Notes: generated from the letters alone by a model not told the origin. Positions 37,790 through 46,540 are shown, numbered from the stretch's first letter. The stretch is DNA of 64,000 bases from an uncultured Thermoleophilia bacterium (GCA_963824455.1 CAWGPJ010000002.1:144664-208663); one strand, 5' to 3'. Made by a program: numbers and translations.

Positions 37790-38724
37790 GCCGCCTCCGC
37801 GGCGCGCGGCCAGTCCCCGACGTAGCGAACCGCCCCGTCGCTCGTGACGAGGCGCGCGTGCACCCGCCGGTCGTCGAGCCACTCGATCGCGCCGTCGCCG
37901 CAGACGATCGCTGCGGTGGCGGCGACGTTCGCCGCCAGGCAGGACGCCGCCGCGACGCTCACCGTCCGCCACGGTGTGTCCGCGGGCCGGCCGGTACGCG
38001 GGTCGATCAGGTGATGCGCCTCGCCGCCCGCCGTCGGCCAGCGGCGCACCGCCGTCCCCGACGTGGCGAGCCCGCCGGCCACGATCGCGACGAGCGGGCC
38101 CGCGACGTCGTGTGGGGCGGCATGGTCGTCCGCGATCCGGACGCACCAGCCGCCCCGTGGCGGAGTGCCGGCGACGGCGACGTCACCACCGAGCGAGACG
38201 AGCACGCCGGAACCGAGAACGGCGGCCAGCTCGCGGGCCGCGTCGTCGGCCTCCTTGGCTTTCGCGGTCGCGCCGAGGTCGAGCTCGACGCCGCGGGGGA
38301 TCGCGAGCGTCCCCCGGTCGTCGTCGACGACCACCTCGCGCCATCGCGATCCGGTGGGCCTGCCGGGGCGCAGCGCCCAGCTCTCGCGCTCGCGCACGAG
38401 CGTGAAGGTGCGGTCGTACCCCGCGTCGCGGAGCGCCCGGCCGACGGTCGGGTCGACGAGCCCGCCGCTCCCGGCCGCCGCGGCGAGCGCGTCCGCGACC
38501 GCCGCGCGCAACTCCGGCGACGCGGGGCGCGCACGACCTGCGTGTGCGTTCGCCCGGGAGAGCTCCGAGTCGCCGCGGAAGCGGCTGCAGAGCCGGTCGA
38601 GCCGGTCCAGGCGCTCTGCGAGCATGCGCCGTGCGTCCGGCAACGCCTCGGCCCGCGTGACTGCGACCGTGGCTGTCGTGCCGATCGCCGTGAAGGTCGC
38701 CGCGTCGACGTCGCTCCGGCTCAC
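37786..38724 (-). CDS. apbE: FAD:protein FMN transferase (ApbE family)
   Basis: SRFRGDSELSRAN, VDPTVG, LDLGATAKA, GGLATSGT, HHLIDPRTGRP. No signal peptide is seen from the GTG at 38724. Confidence 0.85.
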   Translation of the reverse strand: MSRSDVDAATFTAIGTTATVAVTRAEALPDARRMLAERLDRLDRLCSRFRGDSELSRANAHAGRARPASPELRAAVADALAAAAGSGGLVDPTVGRALRDAGYDRTFTLVRERESWALRPGRPTGSRWREVVVDDDRGTLAIPRGVELDLGATAKAKEADDAARELAAVLGSGVLVSLGGDVAVAGTPPRGGWCVRIADDHAAPHDVAGPLVAIVAGGLATSGTAVRRWPTAGGEAHHLIDPRTGRPADTPWRTVSVAAASCLAANVAATAAIVCGDGAIEWLDDRRVHARLVTSDGAVRYVGDWPRAAEAA

Positions 38725-39050
38725 GACCCTCCGGAGACGGCGACCGGCGGGGCGGCCGGCGGGGCGGCCGCCGGGGGCGGGGCTGCCGGCTGCGGCGCGG
38801 CGGCGGCGGCCTGGGAGACGGCGACGAGTGGTGGCGCGGGGGCGACGACCCGCGTCCGCCTGCGTTGAGTCGTGCGCGCAGGGGTCTTCGCCGCGTGATG
38901 GGTGTGCGTCGACGCCGATGCGAGCGCGGCGAACGTCCCGCCGAGCGCGACGCAGCCTGCGGCGACGAGCACCGTCGACCTGCGCACGCGGGCGACGGCG
39001 GCATCGCGAGCGGCGATCGCCACGCGGAGCTGGGCGGATCCCTGCGACAT
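38721..39050 (-). CDS. small N-terminally anchored Pro/Ala-rich protein
   Basis: A single TM segment (VLVAAGCVALGGTFAALASA) is followed by AAPQPAAPPPAAAPPAAPP. Its stop overlaps the apbE GTG (GTGA), which supports translation. Confidence 0.5.
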   Translation of the reverse strand: MSQGSAQLRVAIAARDAAVARVRRSTVLVAAGCVALGGTFAALASASTHTHHAAKTPARTTQRRRTRVVAPAPPLVAVSQAAAAAPQPAAPPPAAAPPAAPPVAVSGGS

Positions 39051-39101
39051 GCCGGGATGGTTGCCGAGGGGGATGAGATCCGCGTGAGCAGGTGTTTGTC
39101 G

Positions 39102-40457
39102 TCAGGAGGCCGGGATCGAGATGCAGACGTCGGCCCCGCCGCCCGGCGCCTCCGCGACGCGCGCGGTCCCGCCGTGTGCGCGCGCGATCAGGTCGACGAT
39201 CGCGAGCCCGAGCCCGGCGCCGCCTCGTTCGCGTGCATCGTCGGGCCGGCTGAAGCGGTCGAACGCGCGCTCGGCGAAGCCCTCCGGGAGACCCGGACCG
39301 CCGTCCGTGACGTGAAGCTCGACGACGCCGTTCCTCCTCGAAGCGCTCAGCTCGATCTCCCCGCTCGCATGCGCGAACGCGTTGTCGACGAGGTTGCCGA
39401 GCGCCTGTTCGAGGCGCACGGGGTCCGCCTCGAACACCACGTCTCCCCCGGCCGTCACGGTGAGCGGCCGTTCGAGCTCGGCTGCGCGAACCGCGAACCG
39501 ATCTCGGACCCGGTCGAGCAGCTCGCGTCCGTTCAGCTCCTCGCGGCGGATCGGGAGCCGTCCCTCGTCGACGCGAGCGATCAGGAGCAGGTCCTCGGCG
39601 AGGCGCGAGAGCCGCTCTGTCTCCTCCGCGGCCGATCTGATCGCCGCCGCGTACTCCTCCCGGCTGCGCGGACGGCGCAGAGCGAGCTCGAGCTCGGCGC
39701 GAAGCAGGGCGAGCGGCGTCCGGAGCTCGTGGCTCGCGTCGGCGACGAACCGCCGCTCGTGCTCGAACGCCGCCTCGAGCCGGTCCAGCATGTCGTTGAG
39801 CGTGATCGCGAGCGCGTGGATCTCGTCCCGGGCCGGCGGGACGGGCAGGCGCTTCCCCGGGCTGTGTGCGGTCACGGACGCGGCGCGGCGCCGCATCGCC
39901 TCGACCGGGCGGAGCGCGGCGGCGGCGAGCCCGTAGCCGGCCAGGATCGCCAGGAGCAGCGCGGCGGGCGCGGCAAAGAGGAACTCCCGGCCGAGGCGGT
40001 CGAGTGTCTCCTCGCGTGCCCCGAGCGACCTGCCGATCATCAGGACGGCAGGGCCGCCCTGGACGTGGATGGGCACCGCCAGCACGCGCCACTCCCCGCG
40101 CAGGCCGGCGAGGTCGGTCGTCGTCCGAACCTTGCGTCCCGCAACGGCGGCCCGGCGAAGAGACGGCGGCACGATCGGCCGCATCCCGTCCGGGGACGAC
40201 CGCACCACGGCGCCGCTCGCGAGCTGCACCTGGGCGACGGTCGGGCCGTCGCTCACATCAGGGTCGAGCAGCTCGTGGTGGCCCTCGATCGCGTGCGACG
40301 TCGCCTCCGACAGTTGTGCCCTGAGGTTCTGGTCGACGCTCGTGAGCAACGCGCTGCCGACCCGCAGGTACAGGACGAAGCCCATCGCGGCGAGCACGGC
40401 CGCCATCACCAGTGCGAACGGGAGGATGAGCCGGATCCGGATCGGCAGCCGGCTCAC
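39102..40457 (-). CDS. sensor histidine kinase (HAMP-HisKA-HATPase_c)
   Basis: Two TM helices, H-box [14 protein letters not shown]-box LGNLVDNAFAH, and G-box [10 protein letters not shown]. The GTG at 40457 overlaps the response regulator stop. Confidence 0.9.
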   Translation of the reverse strand: MSRLPIRIRLILPFALVMAAVLAAMGFVLYLRVGSALLTSVDQNLRAQLSEATSHAIEGHHELLDPDVSDGPTVAQVQLASGAVVRSSPDGMRPIVPPSLRRAAVAGRKVRTTTDLAGLRGEWRVLAVPIHVQGGPAVLMIGRSLGAREETLDRLGREFLFAAPAALLLAILAGYGLAAAALRPVEAMRRRAASVTAHSPGKRLPVPPARDEIHALAITLNDMLDRLEAAFEHERRFVADASHELRTPLALLRAELELALRRPRSREEYAAAIRSAAEETERLSRLAEDLLLIARVDEGRLPIRREELNGRELLDRVRDRFAVRAAELERPLTVTAGGDVVFEADPVRLEQALGNLVDNAFAHASGEIELSASRRNGVVELHVTDGGPGLPEGFAERAFDRFSRPDDARERGGAGLGLAIVDLIARAHGGTARVAEAPGGGADVCISIPAS

Positions 40458-41140
40458 GAGGGCACTCCGCCGTCCTCGCGCAGCCGGTACCCGACACCCC
40501 GGACGGTCTCGATCGAGGACAGGCCGAAGGGACGGTCGACCTTCTCGCGGAGGTAGCGGATGTACACGTCGACGATGTTCGAGCGGCTCTCGAACGCCAT
40601 GTCCCACGCGCCGTCGAGGAGCTGCAGTCGCGTGAGCACCTGGCCGGGGCGGCGCATGAACAGCTCGAGGATCGCGAACTCGCGTGCGGTGAGGGTGAGC
40701 TCGCTCGTTCCCCGCCACGCGCGCCGCCCCGCCGGGTCGAGCCGGAGGTCGCCGACCTCGATCACGGTCGGGCGCTCGACGGGGCCGCGTCGCACGATCG
40801 CGCGGATCCGGGCGAGCAGCTCGTCGAACGAGAACGGCTTGGTGAGGTAGTCGTCCGCGCCGGCGTCGAGCCCGCCGACGCGGTCGGTGATCGCGTCGCG
40901 GGCCGTGAGCATCAGCACCGGCGTCCAGACCTGGTTCGCGCGCAGGCGGCGCAGGATCTCGAAGCCGTCGATGCCGGGGAGCATCACGTCGAGCACGATC
41001 GCGTCGTACGGCGCCGCCTGCGCCATCCACAGCGCCTCGTTGCCCTCCGCCGCGACGTCGGCCGCGTGCCCCTCCTCCCGGAGGGCGCGGGCGACCAGCG
41101 CCGACAGCTTCGGCTCGTCGTCGATGACCAGCACGCGCAC
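40454..41140 (-). CDS. OmpR-family response regulator
   Basis: MRVLVIDDE, DAIVLDVMLPGIDG and ADDYLTKPF, plus a winged-helix C-terminus (IETVRGVGYRL). Confidence 0.93.
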   Translation of the reverse strand: MRVLVIDDEPKLSALVARALREEGHAADVAAEGNEALWMAQAAPYDAIVLDVMLPGIDGFEILRRLRANQVWTPVLMLTARDAITDRVGGLDAGADDYLTKPFSFDELLARIRAIVRRGPVERPTVIEVGDLRLDPAGRRAWRGTSELTLTAREFAILELFMRRPGQVLTRLQLLDGAWDMAFESRSNIVDVYIRYLREKVDRPFGLSSIETVRGVGYRLREDGGVPS

Positions 41141-41222
41141 GCGGGCATTGTTCCCTGCGTGCGCCTCGGTTCGTCGGCACGTCTCACGCCGTTCTCATCG
41201 GGCTTTGTGGGACTTAGGGCCC

Positions 41223-41804
41223 GTGTCGGCGGAAGGAAATGCACGCTTGACGGCGGCGACGGCGGCCATCCTGCTCGTCCTGCTCGCAGCCGAGGGCGCG
41301 ACGATCCCGTTCGTGGGCCGGTTGACGACCCTCCACATCTTCATCGGCGTGCTGCTCGTCCCGGTCGTCCTGCTCAAGGCCGTGAGCTCGGCCTGGCGCT
41401 TCGGCTCGTACTACCTCGGGCGCGACGAGTACGTGCGTCGCGGCCCACCGCCGCCGTTGCTCCGGCTGCTCGTCGCACCGCTCGTGGTCGTCTCGACGGT
41501 CGTCCTCTTCGGGACGGGGATCCTGCTGATCGTGCTCAGTCCGGAGCGGGGAGCCGTGCTCGGGCTGCACAAGGCGTCGTTCCTCGTCTGGTTCGCGGCG
41601 ATGACCGCGCACGTGCTCGCCCACTTCCTGCGCGTGCCGGGCCTCGTACGCGAGGACCTGCGCCCGGGCCAGCGCGGGGCGGCGCTCCGGCAGCTCGTCG
41701 TCGCTGGCGCGGTCGTCGCGGGCCTCGTCGCCGCGGTCGTGCTGCTGCCCGAGGCCCACGCCTGGAGCCAGTGGGTGACGGCGCATCCTCGCCACGACGG
41801 CTGA
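41223..41804 (+). CDS. His-rich four-TM membrane protein (possible b-type cytochrome), divergent from the two-component system
   Basis: Four hydrophobic helices carry TLHIFIGV and GLHKASFLVWFAAMTAHVLAHF. The GTG at 41223 is chosen within the longer track ORF. Confidence 0.5.
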   Translation: MSAEGNARLTAATAAILLVLLAAEGATIPFVGRLTTLHIFIGVLLVPVVLLKAVSSAWRFGSYYLGRDEYVRRGPPPPLLRLLVAPLVVVSTVVLFGTGILLIVLSPERGAVLGLHKASFLVWFAAMTAHVLAHFLRVPGLVREDLRPGQRGAALRQLVVAGAVVAGLVAAVVLLPEAHAWSQWVTAHPRHDG

Positions 41805-41840
41805 GGTCTCGGCCCGCCGGCGCCGTTACGCTCCGGGAGC

Positions 41841-42848
41841 ATGACGCGTGTCCGTTTCGCGCCGAGCCCGACCGGCACCCTGCACGTCGGCAACGCGCTC
41901 AGCGCCGTCGCGAACCGCGACTTCGGCGACTGGATGCTCCTGCGCATCGACGACACCGATCCGGCGCGCAACGTGGGCGGCGGCGAGCAGGCGATTCTCG
42001 ACGATCTCGGCTGGCTCGGGGTCTCGTGGGACGAGGGGCCGGTCAGGCAGAGCGAGCGCGCCGGCCGGTACCTCGAGGCGGCGCGGGCCGCCGGGGTCGA
42101 CCAGCGGTTCGACGGCGTGATGCTGTGGCGCGACGACGGGTCGCCGACGTTCCACCTCGCGAGCGTCGTCGACGACCACGACTTCGGGATCACGCACGTG
42201 ATCCGGGGCTCCGACCATCGCGCGAACGAGGAGCTGCATGCCGCGCTGCACCGCGCGCTCGGGTTCGAGCCGCCCGAGGTGATCCATCACGGCCTGGTCG
42301 TCGGCGCCGACGGGAAGAAGCTCGCGAAGCGCTCCGCCGGAGCAACTGTCGCGTCGCTGCGCGATGCCGGCTATCCGGCCGAGGCGGTGCGCGCGTACCT
42401 CGAGGGGCTCGGGCTGCCGCGCCACGACGTGCACCTCGACCTCGACCGCATCCGCTCGCTGTCGGTCGACGTGCTCGACGGCCTGCAGGACGAGGAGCTC
42501 GCGTCGAGAGTGGGCATACCGGTCGAGGCGGTTCCGCTCGTCCGCGGCGCGCACGACCTGGTCGAGGCGCGGGCACTCGCCGCGAGCGTGCTCGATGCGC
42601 CGCGGGGAGGCCTGCCGGAGGCGCGCAGCCCCGAGACGCTGGAGCGGTTCGTCGAGCTCCGCGCGCCGCTCCCGGACGCGCTCGACAAGGACGCGGCGAG
42701 GCTTCTGCTGCGCGAGCTGAAGGCGGTCGGCGGCGACCTGCGCGGGCTGCGCGAGGCCCTCACCGGCCGCGATCGCGGCCCCGAGCTGTGGGCGGTGCTG
42801 CGTGCGCTGCCGCGCGACGAGGCGATCCGCCGCGCCCGTCTAACCTAG
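41841..42848 (+). CDS. short glutamate--tRNA ligase family protein (335 aa)
   Basis: HIGH motif SPTGTLHVGNA, LRIDDTDPAR, TFHLASVVDD, ITHVIRGSDH, and KMSKS-like KKLAKRS. It lacks the connective-peptide insertion and most of the anticodon-binding domain. Confidence 0.8.
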   Translation: MTRVRFAPSPTGTLHVGNALSAVANRDFGDWMLLRIDDTDPARNVGGGEQAILDDLGWLGVSWDEGPVRQSERAGRYLEAARAAGVDQRFDGVMLWRDDGSPTFHLASVVDDHDFGITHVIRGSDHRANEELHAALHRALGFEPPEVIHHGLVVGADGKKLAKRSAGATVASLRDAGYPAEAVRAYLEGLGLPRHDVHLDLDRIRSLSVDVLDGLQDEELASRVGIPVEAVPLVRGAHDLVEARALAASVLDAPRGGLPEARSPETLERFVELRAPLPDALDKDAARLLLRELKAVGGDLRGLREALTGRDRGPELWAVLRALPRDEAIRRARLT

Positions 42849-42852
42849 GGGC

Positions 42853-44142
42853 TTGCGTCTCTACGACACGCTGTCGCGCTCGCTGGTCGAGCTGCCGCCG
42901 CCGCCCGGGCCGATCCGGATGTACTTCTGCGGGCCGACCGTGTACGCACGCGCGCACGTCGGGAACGCGCGGCCGTTCATCGTCGGCATGTGGTTTCGCT
43001 CCTGGCTGCGCGAGACCGGCTACGACGCGACGCTGGTGCACAACATCACCGACGTCAACGACAAGATCTACGACGCGGCGCCCGGCAAGAGCGCGGCGCT
43101 CGCGGCACAGGCGACGGAGTGGTATCTCGAGGACACGGGCGACCTCGGCCTCGGGCAGCCGGACTACCTGCCGAAGGCGACCGAGAACATCCCGCAGATC
43201 GTCGAGTTCATCGAGCAGCTCGTCGCGACGGGTCACGCCTACGCGGTCGGCGGTGACGTCTACTTCCGCGTCTCGAGTTTCCCCGAGTACGGCCGGCTCT
43301 CGGGCCAGCGGCCCGACCAGGTCGAGGAGCAGGAGCCGAACCCGCTCAAGGAGGACGGGCGCGACTTCGCGCTCTGGAAGGCGAACAAGCCCGAGACGGA
43401 GGACACGTGGTGGGACTCGCCCTGGGGGCGCGGCCGGCCGGGATGGCACATCGAGTGCTCGGCGATGGCCGAGGAGATCCTCGGCCCGTCGTTCGAGATC
43501 CACGGCGGCGGGCTCGACCTGGTCTTCCCGCACCACGAGAACGAGGTCGCGCAGTCGCGTGCGCTCGGCCATCCCTTCGCCTCGATCTGGACGCACAACG
43601 GCATGCTCCGCTTCACCGGCGAGAAGATGGCGAAGTCGCTCGGCAACGTCACGACGCTGCGCGACGCGCTCGACCGGTGGGGCCGGGAGACGCTGCTCGT
43701 CTTCTTCCTGTCGGGGCACTGGCGCAAGCCGATCGACTTCTCCGACGAGACGATGGCGCAGGCGGCGGCGCGCGCCGAGACGCTGCGCAACGCGTTCACG
43801 CAGGAGCCGTCCCCGGATGGCGCGTCCGGCGACTGGAGTGCGTTCGCGGATGCGCTCGAGGACGACTTCGACACACCGCGCGCGCTCTCGGTGCTGCACG
43901 GCTTCGCCTCGGCTCGCCGGCTCGACCTCCTCCGCAGGGGGATCGGCGTGCTCGGGCTCGGCTCGCTCGGCGAGCGCGAGGCCGTCCCGCCCGAGGTGCT
44001 CGAGCTCGCCCGGCGCCGCGAGGAGGCCCGCTCGGCGCGGGACTTCTCCACCGCCGACCGCCTGCGCGACGAGCTCGCCGGCTCCGGGTGGGAGATGCGT
44101 GACGAGCCGGGGGGCGGGTTCACGATCGTGCGCCGCCGGTGA
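42853..44142 (+). CDS. cysS: cysteine--tRNA ligase
   Basis: YFCGPTVYARAHVGNAR, GWHIECSAM, HHENE, KMAKSLGN. TTG start. Confidence 0.93.
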   Translation: MRLYDTLSRSLVELPPPPGPIRMYFCGPTVYARAHVGNARPFIVGMWFRSWLRETGYDATLVHNITDVNDKIYDAAPGKSAALAAQATEWYLEDTGDLGLGQPDYLPKATENIPQIVEFIEQLVATGHAYAVGGDVYFRVSSFPEYGRLSGQRPDQVEEQEPNPLKEDGRDFALWKANKPETEDTWWDSPWGRGRPGWHIECSAMAEEILGPSFEIHGGGLDLVFPHHENEVAQSRALGHPFASIWTHNGMLRFTGEKMAKSLGNVTTLRDALDRWGRETLLVFFLSGHWRKPIDFSDETMAQAAARAETLRNAFTQEPSPDGASGDWSAFADALEDDFDTPRALSVLHGFASARRLDLLRRGIGVLGLGSLGEREAVPPEVLELARRREEARSARDFSTADRLRDELAGSGWEMRDEPGGGFTIVRRR

Positions 44143-44840
44143 CCCCGGACCTCGTCTACGGACGGCGGAGCGTCCGCGAGGCGCTGCGCGGGAACCGCGA
44201 GGTGATCGAGGTCTGGGCGACCGAGCGGGCGCTCTCCGCCGAGCCGTGGCTCGCCGAGGCGAGGCCGAAGGAGCGGCTCGACCGCGAGCTGTCGGAGCGG
44301 GCCGGCACGCGCGACCACCAGGGCGTCCTGGCGCTCGTCGAGCCGTTTCGCTATGCGGACGCCTACGAGCTCGCGCGCGCCGGTCGCCCGCTGCTGGCGG
44401 TGCTCGACCGCGTCACCGACCCGCACAACCTGGGCGCCGTCTGCCGGAGCGCAGACGGTGCGGGCGCGACCGGGGTCGTCGTCCCCGCGCACGGGTCGGC
44501 GGTCGTCACTCCTGCGGTGGCACGTGCCTCTGCAGGCGCGGTCGAGCACCTGCCGGTCGCGGTGGTGACGAACCTGGCCCGCTACCTCGGCGAGGTGAAG
44601 AGCGGCGACCTCTGGGTCTACGGCGCGGTGGGCGACGACGCGGCGACGCCGATGTGGGACGTCGATCTCTCGGGCGGCCTGGCGCTCGTGCTCGGGGCGG
44701 AGGGCAAGGGGCTGCGGCCGCTCGTGAGACGGACGTGCGACGCTCTGGTCGCGATCCCGCTCGCGGGGCAGGTGGAGTCGCTGAACGTGAGCGTCGCGGC
44801 GGCGGTGCTCCTCTACGAGGCCAGGCGCCAGCGTGGCTGA
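44139..44840 (+). CDS. rlmB: 23S rRNA (guanosine-2'-O)-methyltransferase, RlmB/TrmH family
   Basis: VLDRVTDPHNLGAVCRSA, VLGAEGKGL, ESLNVSVAAAVLLYE. Confidence 0.9.
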   Translation: MTPDLVYGRRSVREALRGNREVIEVWATERALSAEPWLAEARPKERLDRELSERAGTRDHQGVLALVEPFRYADAYELARAGRPLLAVLDRVTDPHNLGAVCRSADGAGATGVVVPAHGSAVVTPAVARASAGAVEHLPVAVVTNLARYLGEVKSGDLWVYGAVGDDAATPMWDVDLSGGLALVLGAEGKGLRPLVRRTCDALVAIPLAGQVESLNVSVAAAVLLYEARRQRG

Positions 44841-45264
44841 CGCCACGCTTTACCTCTTCGACGGCCACAACCTCCTGCACGCCGGGCCGTTCTCGGCCCC
44901 GCGCGAGCTCGCCGACGCGCTCGCCTCGTTCGTCGCCGAGCGGGGTGCCCGCGGGGTCCTCGTCTTCGACGGGTCCGGGGACGACGCGAGCTACGGCCCG
45001 CTCGAGATCCGCTTCGCCGCGCCTGCCGACACGGCGCTCGAGCGGCTGGCGGTCGAGCACCGGAGGCGGGCCGAGGTCGTGCTCGTCACGAGCGACGCCA
45101 CGGTCGCCGCCGCGGCCGGGATCGACGTCAAGCACGTCTCGTCCCGGACGTTCTTCCGCGAGCTCCGGCCGGCCGGCGGCCCGCCGGAGCCGCCGGGAGG
45201 CCTCGCCGGGAAGCTGGACGACGAGACGAGGGCCCGGCTGGAACGGCTCCGCCGCGGCGAGTAA
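44833..45264 (+). CDS. NYN/PIN-like YacP-family protein
   Basis: LYLFDGHNLLH...VLVFDG...VVLVTSD, with the position after rlmB as in Bacillus yacP (rae1). Confidence 0.75.
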   Translation: MADATLYLFDGHNLLHAGPFSAPRELADALASFVAERGARGVLVFDGSGDDASYGPLEIRFAAPADTALERLAVEHRRRAEVVLVTSDATVAAAAGIDVKHVSSRTFFRELRPAGGPPEPPGGLAGKLDDETRARLERLRRGE

Positions 45265-45287
45265 AGCGGGTCCACTGCAAATGGGGC

Positions 45288-45316
45288 TTGTGCTCCTTGC
45301 GGGTCCCTGCTAGATT
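45288..45316 (+). promoter_or_regulatory. candidate housekeeping-type promoter upstream of the sigH-like gene
   Basis: TTGTGC (45288-45293), a 17-nt spacer, then TAGATT (45311-45316), about 84 nt before the GTG at 45400. This is a pattern match only. Confidence 0.25.
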
Positions 45317-45399
45317 CACCTCAAGTTCAGGGTGAGACTTCGGGCAGGCTGGGTCGAAGGCTCACGTCAAAAAGCCGTCGAAATCCGGGGGTAAGCGCC

Positions 45400-46065
45400 G
45401 TGGCCGTCCGCACCGGAACCGCTCCGAAGACACCACAGAAGGCTCAACGAGAGCTTGAGGATCTGCAGCTCGTGCTCAAGGCCGCCAACGGCAGCTCGGC
45501 GGCGATGGACCAGCTGATCCGCCGCTACACGTCCTTCGTCCGGCTGAAGGCGAGCTCGTACTTCCTCGCCGGAGGCGATTCCGACGACCTGGTTCAGGAG
45601 GGGCTCGTCGGCCTCTACAAGGCGGTGCGCGACTTCCGGCCGGACAAGGAGACGTCGTTCCGCTCGTTCGCCGAGCTCTGCGTGACCCGGCAGATCATCA
45701 CCGCGATCAAGACCGCCACGCGCCTCAAGCACGCGCCGCTCAACACGTACGTCTCCTTCAGCCACACCCCGGCCGGGCAGGAGTCGGAGAGCGAGTGCTC
45801 GCTCGGCGACGCGCTCCCGGCGTCGCACGTGCACGAGCCGGCCGTGAAGGTGGTGTCGACCGAGGAGCTCCAGGCGCTCGTCGGCTGCCTGTCGTCGTCG
45901 CTGTCGCCGCTCGAGGCCGACGCGCTCCGGCTCTACCTCGAGGGCTCGTCCTACGACCAGATGGCCGAGGAGCTCGGCTGCGACACGAAGACGATCGACA
46001 ACGCCCTGCAGCGCGTGAAGCGGAAGATCATCACGCACCAGCAGGCGCGGCAGGTACTGGCGTAA
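45400..46065 (+). CDS. sigH: Spo0H (SigH)-type RNA polymerase sigma factor
   Basis: VQEGLVGLYKAVRDFRPDKETSFRSFAELCVTRQIITAIKTATRLKHAPLNTYVS and KTIDNALQRVKRKI are nearly identical to the B. subtilis SigH segments (...FAELCITRQIITAIKTATRQKHIPLNSY..., KSIDNALQRVKRKL). Confidence 0.85.
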   Translation: MAVRTGTAPKTPQKAQRELEDLQLVLKAANGSSAAMDQLIRRYTSFVRLKASSYFLAGGDSDDLVQEGLVGLYKAVRDFRPDKETSFRSFAELCVTRQIITAIKTATRLKHAPLNTYVSFSHTPAGQESESECSLGDALPASHVHEPAVKVVSTEELQALVGCLSSSLSPLEADALRLYLEGSSYDQMAEELGCDTKTIDNALQRVKRKIITHQQARQVLA

Positions 46066-46069
46066 ACGC

Positions 46070-46540
46070 TCAGTAGACGTCGACGCGCGCTATCTCGTAG
46101 CCCGCCGCCCAGCGGATTCCCTGCCGCCGCCCGTTGCGGGGAGAGTCGATTCGCAGCGCCAGCGCCGATTTCGCGCGAACCTCGTCGATCGGGACGAGGT
46201 AGACGCTGCCGAGCTCCGGGCAGAAGACGGCGAACTCGTCGACCTCCCCTTCGTAGGTTCGCCTGACGACCCTCGGATCCCGATGGTGGCCATACGTGCT
46301 GCACGGAGCGAAGACCACGCTCCCGTTGCGGAGGCGCCCGGTCTTGCACTGGACGCGCGAGAGCTTCCCGCCCCTCTCGATGACGAGGTCGGTCCGCGTG
46401 TTCTCGCCGAACGGGAGATACGTCGCCCAGCCCTGCTCCTGTAGGGCGAGGATGATCGCGAGCGTGGAGCGGTCGCCGACGTCCTTCGGGTGTCGCACCG
46501 TCCGATCATGCCGGAGGCGTCGGACGATTCGTCGTCTCAT
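46070..46540 (-). CDS. stand-alone PD-(D/E)XK endonuclease (group I intron-associated / PDDEXK_5-like)
   Basis: DRSTLAIILALQEQGWATYLPFGENTRTDLVIERGGKLSRVQCKTG...VDEFAVFCPELGSVYLVP follows the D...(D/E)xK core pattern of that family. GC is visibly lower than in the neighbouring genes. Confidence 0.65.
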   Translation of the reverse strand: MRRRIVRRLRHDRTVRHPKDVGDRSTLAIILALQEQGWATYLPFGENTRTDLVIERGGKLSRVQCKTGRLRNGSVVFAPCSTYGHHRDPRVVRRTYEGEVDEFAVFCPELGSVYLVPIDEVRAKSALALRIDSPRNGRRQGIRWAAGYEIARVDVY

